Both the position numbers and the translations under genes were made by a program. From the human T2T-CHM13v2.0 reference genome, Homo sapiens: DNA of 64,000 bases. This document shows positions 57,686 to 64,000 of the stretch, in pieces. Where the stretch lies: assembly GCF_009914755.1 (NCBI RefSeq), contig NC_060930.1. One strand, 5' to 3'. A model generated the notes under the pieces. The model worked only from the letters and a program-made list of their open reading frames with translations. It ran no database searches and had not been told where the DNA came from. Position 1 is the stretch's first letter, and each line of letters opens with the position of its first letter.

Positions 57686-57949
57686 CAAGACTTACTATAA
57701 AGCTACATTAATCAAGACAATGTGGTATTGGTGAAAGATTAGACAAATAGATCAATGGAACAGAATAAAGAACCCAGAAATAGACTCACATAAATATAGT
57801 CAACTGATCCCTGACAAAGGAACAAAGGCAATACAGTGGAGAAAAGATAACTCTTTCAACAAATAATACTGGAACAAATGGACATCCACATGCAAAAAAA
57901 AAATTGAATCTAGACCTAGGTCTTACACCCTTCACAAAAGAACAGCAAA
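57686..57949 (+). mobile_element. Internal L1M ORF2 fragment inserted in the L2
   Basis: CAAGACTTACTATAAAGCTAC...ATAGATCAATGGAACAGAATA...CACCCTTCACAAAA; no 3' UTR. Confidence 0.8.
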
Positions 57950-58632
57950 TACAAAAGCCTTGAAAACACAGCACAACTTATGTGTTTGAAGAAAAAGAAA
58001 GAAACAGGATAACCAAGGGACATAAAGTCATAGAGGTAACACGGTCTCATATAACATAGGACATTACAAATATTTTGACGTTTTCTCTGGGTAAGAGAAA
58101 AGAGTTTAGAGCCACAAAAAAAGTATAATTTGATTTGAGACAAATAAGACAACTCTCGATGTTAATTATATAGGACGTGGCACAAGGAGTGGTGGGTAGA
58201 AGCTAATGACAGGAAAAGAAACACCAATTAGCCAGTTCCCATAATAATACAGAAGCAAGAGGATAGTTGTGTGGTCCAGAGAGGTTGACATGAAAATGTT
58301 AAGAAATGGTTGGGATCTGGATGTATTTTGAAAACACAGCCAACAAGATTTTCTGATTTAATGTGGAGTATTAGAGAAAGAAAGGAGCCAAGTACAACAC
58401 AAAAGTTTTGGGTCAAGCAATTAGAGTAATGGAGCTCTCATTTACTGAGTTGAGAAAGTTGAAGAGAAAAATAGAGTGATTTTTGAGGGAAGTCACATAC
58501 CAGGAGCTGATTCCTAGCCATGTTAAATTAGAAGTACCTATTTGACATCTAAGTGGGGATGCAAAATAAGCAGACTATATGAACCTGAAGTTCAGAGGAG
58601 TTTTTTTTTTGTGCTAGAGAAGAAATAGAGAA

Positions 58633-59528
58633 TCTGCAAAGAACTCAAAGAAATTTACAAGATAAAAACAAACAACCCCATCAAAAAGTGGGCGAAGGAT
58701 ATGAACAGACACTTCTCAAAAGAAGACATTTATGCAGCCAAAAGACACATGAAAAAATGCTCATCATCACTGGACATGAGAGAAATGCAAATCAAAACGA
58801 CAATGAGATACCATCTCACACCAGTTAGAATGGTGATCATTAAAAAGTCAGGAAACAACAGGTGCTGAAGAGGATGTGGAAAAATAGGAACACTTTTACA
58901 CTGTTGGTGGGACTGTAAACTAGTTCGACCATTGTGGAAGACAGTGTGGCGATTCCTCAGAGATCTAGAACTAGAAATACCATTTGACCCAGCCATCCCA
59001 TTACTGGGTATATACCCAGAGGATTATAAATCATGCTGCTATAAAGACACATGCACACGTATGTTTATTGCGGCACTATTCACAATAGCAAAGACTTGGA
59101 ACCAACCCAAATGTCCAACAATGATAGACTGGATCAAGAAAATGTGGCACATATACACCATGGAATACTATGCAGCCATAAAAAATGATGAGTTCATGTC
59201 CTTTGAAGAAACATGGATGAAGCTGGAAACCATAATTCATTCTCAGCAAACTATGGCAAGGCCAAAAAACCAAACACCACGTGTTCTCACTCATAGGTGG
59301 GAATTGAACAGTGAGAACACTTGGACACAGGAAAGGGAACATCACACACAGGGGCCTGTTGTGGGGTGGGGGAGGGGGGAGGGATAGCATTAGGAGATAT
59401 ACCTAATGTAAATGACGAGTTAATGGGTGCAGCACACCAACATGGCACATGTATACATATGTAACAAACCTGCATATTGTGCACATGTACCCTAGAACTT
59501 AAAGTATAATAAAAATATATATATATAA
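58633..59528 (+). mobile_element. 5'-truncated L1PA5-like LINE-1 (~0.9 kb)
   Basis: ORF2 C-terminus (ORF 58932..59387); 3' UTR TAATGTAAATGACGAGTTAATGGG and CCCTAGAACTT; TSD AAGAAATAGAGAA (58620-58632) / AAGAAATTGAGAA (59529-59541). Confidence 0.92.
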
Positions 59529-59756
59529 AAGAAATTGAGAACTACCAGCACTTAGACAGTATTGAAAACATATTGTGGATGAAATTACCTAGAGAGTAAA
59601 TACAAATAGCAAAGAGATTAATGCCAAGGACAAATCCTGCAGTACTCCAGAGTTTAAAAATTGGGGAAATGGGGGAAAAATTGCAAATGAGACTCAGTTG
59701 GACTAGCTTGAGGGGTAAAGGCAAAACTAGGTGGTTGACTTCATAGTCTTGGAAGC

Positions 59757-60161
59757 TATATTAGTCAGGGTCCTCTAGAGAACCAGAACCAGTGGTGTGT
59801 GTGTATGTGTGTGTGAAATTGACTCACATGATTGTAGAGGCTGGCAAGTCCAAAATCTGCAGGATAGGCTGCAGGCTGTAGACCCAAGGAAGCACTGATG
59901 TTGCAGTTCAAGGTTGATGGTGGTCTGACAGGAGTATTTCTTCTTCTTTGGGGGGCTTTAGTCTTTTTTCTCTTAAGGTCTTCAACTGATTGGATGTGGC
60001 CCACCAGAATTATGCAGAGTAATTTGCTTTACTAAAAGTCTACTTGTTTGAATGCTAATTTTATCTGAAAACAATTTTTACAGTGACATCCAGGCTGGTG
60101 TTTGACCAAATATCTGGATACTGTGGTCTAGCCAATATGACACATAAAATTAACCATCACA
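59757..60161 (-). mobile_element. MLT2C/D-like ERVL solo LTR
   Basis: TATTAGTCAGGGTCCTCTAGAGAACCAGAACC ... GACACATAAAATTAACCATCACA; TSD GAAGC/GAAAC. Confidence 0.88.
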
Positions 60162-60745
60162 GAAACCAAGTAAAAAGTAAGTTTCAAAGACAAGAGATCA
60201 ATTTTTAATCAAGTGCTGCAACAGGTACAATAAGATGAGAATTTGACCATAAACTGGTCATTAGAATTAGCAAAACAATGCCACAAGGTATCTCAGGTGG
60301 CATCGATGGTCATGCCTAATTGGAGTAAATTCAAAGGTGAGTGGAAGTAAAGACATTGAACACAGCAGGAATAAACCATTCTTTCAAGAAGTTTTGCTTT
60401 AAAGATAGGGAGATAAATGTTATGGTAGCTTGATTGAGTGATAAGGTTAAGAAAAGTTTTTATTTTTTTATATAGGAGAAATAACACTATGTGTACATGC
60501 TGATAAGAATGATCTAGTAGAGAGGATGTGGGAAAGAAAAGGGAGAAATGTAATACCTTGAATAGTTGAAAGAGGAGAGATTTCTATAGATGTGAAAGGC
60601 TAAAACATACACAGGAGTATGGACTGTTCCTCAAAGTAGGTGGGAATTTGAGGATATGGGTGTAGAGGCAGGTCAGAATGGTGGTGTGGTGGTAGGAGAT
60701 TATAAAAGTTCTCTTCTGATGGTTTCTATTTCTCATAAAATAGGG

Positions 60746-61983
60746 CAGTCCTTGTCCTATTCTTTGGATGGCATGCCTATTCTCATGGGTATGCAACCCA
60801 TGCAATTGCAAAAGTCTCCATGCTCAGAAAGGTCCATTATTTATTTTAACTATCTTCTGTTGATGTCATGAAATTATTAGCATTTTATCTTTGAATGTGT
60901 GTTTTGTAAAATCCATTGAGACAAGGGAGTGTGAGTCTAAACAGAGATGTACAAAACATATGTATCTGCTTCCTTGCCACTTCATTCACATATAGCACTA
61001 CCAATGGCCTTGAGCACAGAATTCCAATGAACCCACAGTGTGTGGGAGTTCATCATGACTCAAAGCAAGTACAAGGTAAACCAGTCTATGACTGAGTAAG
61101 CCTGGGCCATTGAGGTCCCAAAAAGTCACACTTTTCAGATAGTACAAGAACTTGCTTCCAACTCAAAATTAGTAATGTTTCAAGAAACACAAATGATCAA
61201 GGAGCCCTATTAGTGTCATGGGATTGTTCACAATTCAATGGATAAATGCTTGAGGGGATGAATCCTCCATTCTTCATGATATGTTTATTTCACATTGCAT
61301 GCCTGTATCAAAACAGCTCATGTACCTTATAAATATATATACCTATTATGTATGGACAAAAATTAAAAACTAAAAAAAATTGTTGGGTGCAAAAAAAAGG
61401 AAGCCCTGTTATATCTTTTCTCATTCATGTTACCTTTCAGTCTTAGCTGACTATTTATACTGAAAATGATGACATAAAAAGAAGGGGGAAGACAAAGTAA
61501 CCTACAGTACGATTTCCTTTCCACCCTTATTCATCAATATGTTGAAGGTAGAGGATTTAGGTAGAACATGCACACATCAAGAAGTAAAAGTAAACAGTTG
61601 AGTTAGTTTTGTGTAGCATTTCTACTATTCTGTCAAGAAAAACATACATTTACATGTATAAGCTACATAATATGAATTGTGTGAGTTTGGTTACTATGCA
61701 TATGGGTTAAATGTTCTTATAAATGCATGTAAAACTGGAATTCCACAATATAAAGACAAATGGTAGAATCCATACTAGCAACTTAAATTTTTAATTTTTC
61801 TTTGCTTAGAGCATCATTAAATACTAAATTTAAAAATGATACGATATTTTGAGAAGGAGAGTCTGTGGAACCAAAAAGCATTATATTTTAGTGCCTTTAA
61901 TAGCACTTTTTTTCTGCTTTTAAAACAAGAGATCCTGTATTTTTATTTTGCACCAAGTCTTACAAATTATGTAGTCAGTACTG
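60746..61983 (+). mobile_element. MER45B-like (hAT-Tip100) DNA transposon
   Basis: Start resembles MER45 (TCATGGGTATGCAACCCATGCA...CATGCTCAGAAAGG); end ATTTTGCACC...ACAAATTATGTAGTCAGTACTG; degenerate 8-bp TSD AAATAGGG/AAATAGCA. Confidence 0.72.
61213..61398 (+). mobile_element. Short L1MA1/L1PB-like 3' end nested in MER45
   Basis: GGATAAATGCTTGAGGGGATG...CATTGCATGCCTGTATCAAAAC; TSD-like AAGGAGCCCTATTA / AAGGAAGCCCTGTTA. Confidence 0.8.
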
Positions 61984-63469
61984 AAATAGCAAGCAAATCA
62001 TCATCTGAGAATGAGGATGAAGGAGGAGATTTTGGAAGTTTAAGAAAAGAACAACTGTGAAGCATTTCTCTAGTTGAAAGGAAGCATGAATAAGAATAAC
62101 AAAATAAAATATGATTACTGGGCATCATTAAGGAACCATTTGAGGCTAATGATAATGATTATAAAGAGTTGCCAGTCAGCATAATTGTGTGCTTTTTTCC
62201 AGACGTATACATTTGTGCGGCTGCAGGCAGAGGGCAAGGAGGCTGAGTGTGTATGAAACAGAGCAAAATGATTATAATCATTGGCTATGGAATTTAATCT
62301 GAGTAGGGATGGAAGTGAGTAAGGGGCTAAGGAATATTGTCAAGTTATACAATAAGATATGTTTTGCATTTTGAAGGATTGTTGGAGCTGGATTACTAGA
62401 GGGAGTGAGCCAGAAAAAGAAGTTGGAGGTGTGATGTTGAAATTATGGATGGAGGTTGCAGTAGTCATTGATCATGACAAGCAGTAGGGTATGATCATGA
62501 GGATGTATAGCTGTGGTAGAGTAAAGAAGATCAAATTGCTAAGAGATTTGAATCATGGAAGCATCTTTGTGGACAGGGAAATCGCAAAGAGTTATGATAG
62601 GAGTGATGTTGGAGAGAATAATAGTGAATCCAGTGCTAATGTCAAAGAAGAAAGAATAGTGACCCTAAGGGAGAGGTAGATGTCTGCCATAAAGAGACAC
62701 GATGATAGATTAGTGACATAGAAACATAAGATTTGGATTAGAAAGGATGGAGAGAAAAGTATCTGGAGGCAACAATAATGAGGAAAGTGGAGACAAATTC
62801 ACCTCTAAAATGGATGGCAGGAGGCAGGTGGGGAAAAACCTATGATTATTTGATAGGATCACATAGGAAACAGACACAGCAGAAATCTGGCTTTAGGTTA
62901 GAGAAAAAAGGTGAAGACTGTTCACTGAAAATGGTAGGTATATAAAGGTTGATCTTCATAACTGACATGGAATTTCAGAGAGTCCAGTGAAAAGATTTTA
63001 GAAGATGACGAGCAGTGGGAGTCAGAGGTCAGAAAAGGTAATGTATAGAATCTAAAGGAATCAAATTTCTAAGGGAAAAGAAATGGTGTGGGAGAATAGG
63101 GCTTCTTATCGTAAGTAACCACACAAAAAGGAATACAGAGCGTAATACAATCATTCCTAAGAAAAATAGTGTTGGCAAAGTTGTGAGTGCTACAGATAGA
63201 GAGGAGTAGGGGTTAGCAACGTTCTCCTGCTCATGGAGGTTCAAGTTCTGTAGAGAAAAATTCTTATTACTGGTTACCCCTCTAATGACAGTTGGAATGT
63301 GTGGATTTATAAAGACCTGCTTACTGAGGGAAATGACGAGTAGTTTTGTTAAACAAGCATTAATTAAATGTGTGGGAGTGAAAGAAGTTAAAATTTTGAA
63401 GGTAGAGCCACATTTTAAAGGAATTTAGATTTCAGCCCATGTATAAAGAGGAATTTTTGGTAGGTCTAG

Positions 63470-63640
63470 CCTGCCATAATAGAAAGAGACTGTGGTAAGA
63501 AAGAATTGATACTCAGTTCTGCAATTTATTTGCTATGAGGCATTTGGCAATACACTTGTATATTTTCAGCTTTAATTTTCACATCTTAATAAAAAGCAAC
63601 ACTTGTTCATAGAATCAAATGAGATTACATAAAATATACC
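63470..63640 (+). mobile_element. MIR remnant
   Basis: Degenerate MIR core and AATCAAATGAGATTA tail motif. Confidence 0.5.
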
Positions 63641-63956
63641 TATTATTTATTTTGTATTTATTTAGCTTTGCGGAGACATTCTCATATTGATTTTATAATA
63701 GTAACTCTTTAAGAAGGTGACTTCTCTAGACCAGACCAAAGAAGAAGAGAACTTATTCTAAGAGAAAACAAAGTAAGACCAATGAGGCAAATGGTGTTTA
63801 GGAAGTGAAGTCCCATTAACTAAAACTAAGTGTGGCCATTTGGATCGTTAGTTTATTATAGAAGGCCAAGGTAAATTCAAAGGCTTTACTTTATGGTTTT
63901 GAAGACTCAAAGACGAGACATAAGTAAATATAAAGATTACTAGATTATTTGGGACA

Positions 63957-64000
63957 TTTTATTTTTTTATTTTTTAAATTTATTTTTAATTGACAAATAA
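63957..64000 (-). mobile_element. Poly(A)/3' end of an L1MA-type element, cut by the window edge
   Basis: TTTTATTTTT...TTTTTAATTGACAAATAA. Confidence 0.5.

Larger units (their letters stand above)
57350..63000 (-). mobile_element. Long LINE-2, split by an L1 fragment, L1PA5, MLT2 and MER45 insertions
   Basis: Purine-rich antisense L2 motifs that resume across each insertion (e.g. GGATCTGGATGTATTTTGAA, GACATCTAAGTGG, TCATCTGAGAATGAGGA); ends approximate. Confidence 0.7.

Noticed and set aside
58932-59387. 151-aa ORF
   Set aside because: It is the ORF2 C-terminus of a truncated L1PA5 reading into the 3' UTR after a small insertion.

Overview
This is AT-rich hominid (probably human) genomic DNA, most likely intronic or intergenic, and dominated by transposable elements. 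I can find no intact host protein-coding gene. The centrepiece is a full-length 6.0-kb L1PA2-type LINE-1 (23321-29342, +) with a perfect 15-bp target-site duplication (TSD); its ORF0, ORF1 and ORF2 are each disabled by a few point lesions. The rest is a layered record of older L1s (L1PA5, L1PA13, L1MA/MB/MC/ME), two long L2s, three Alus, MIRs, MaLR/ERVL solo LTRs (THE1/MST, MLT1, MLT2, LTR47-, LTR33- and MER76-like) and DNA transposons (MER44, Tigger3, MER1B, MER45, MER5). Many are nested and still have readable TSDs. Subfamily names come from my recall of consensus sequences, not from a RepeatMasker run. I cannot support a novel biological system here. The most interesting unexplained features are: a strongly bounded 54-nt candidate exon; a 44-nt minus-strand candidate exon; a compact cluster of CRE-like octamers that may be a promoter; a poly(A)-less L1 ORF2 fragment with templated junctions next to a homologous L1; two fold-back/template-switch rearrangements; and a diverged 200-bp direct duplication.
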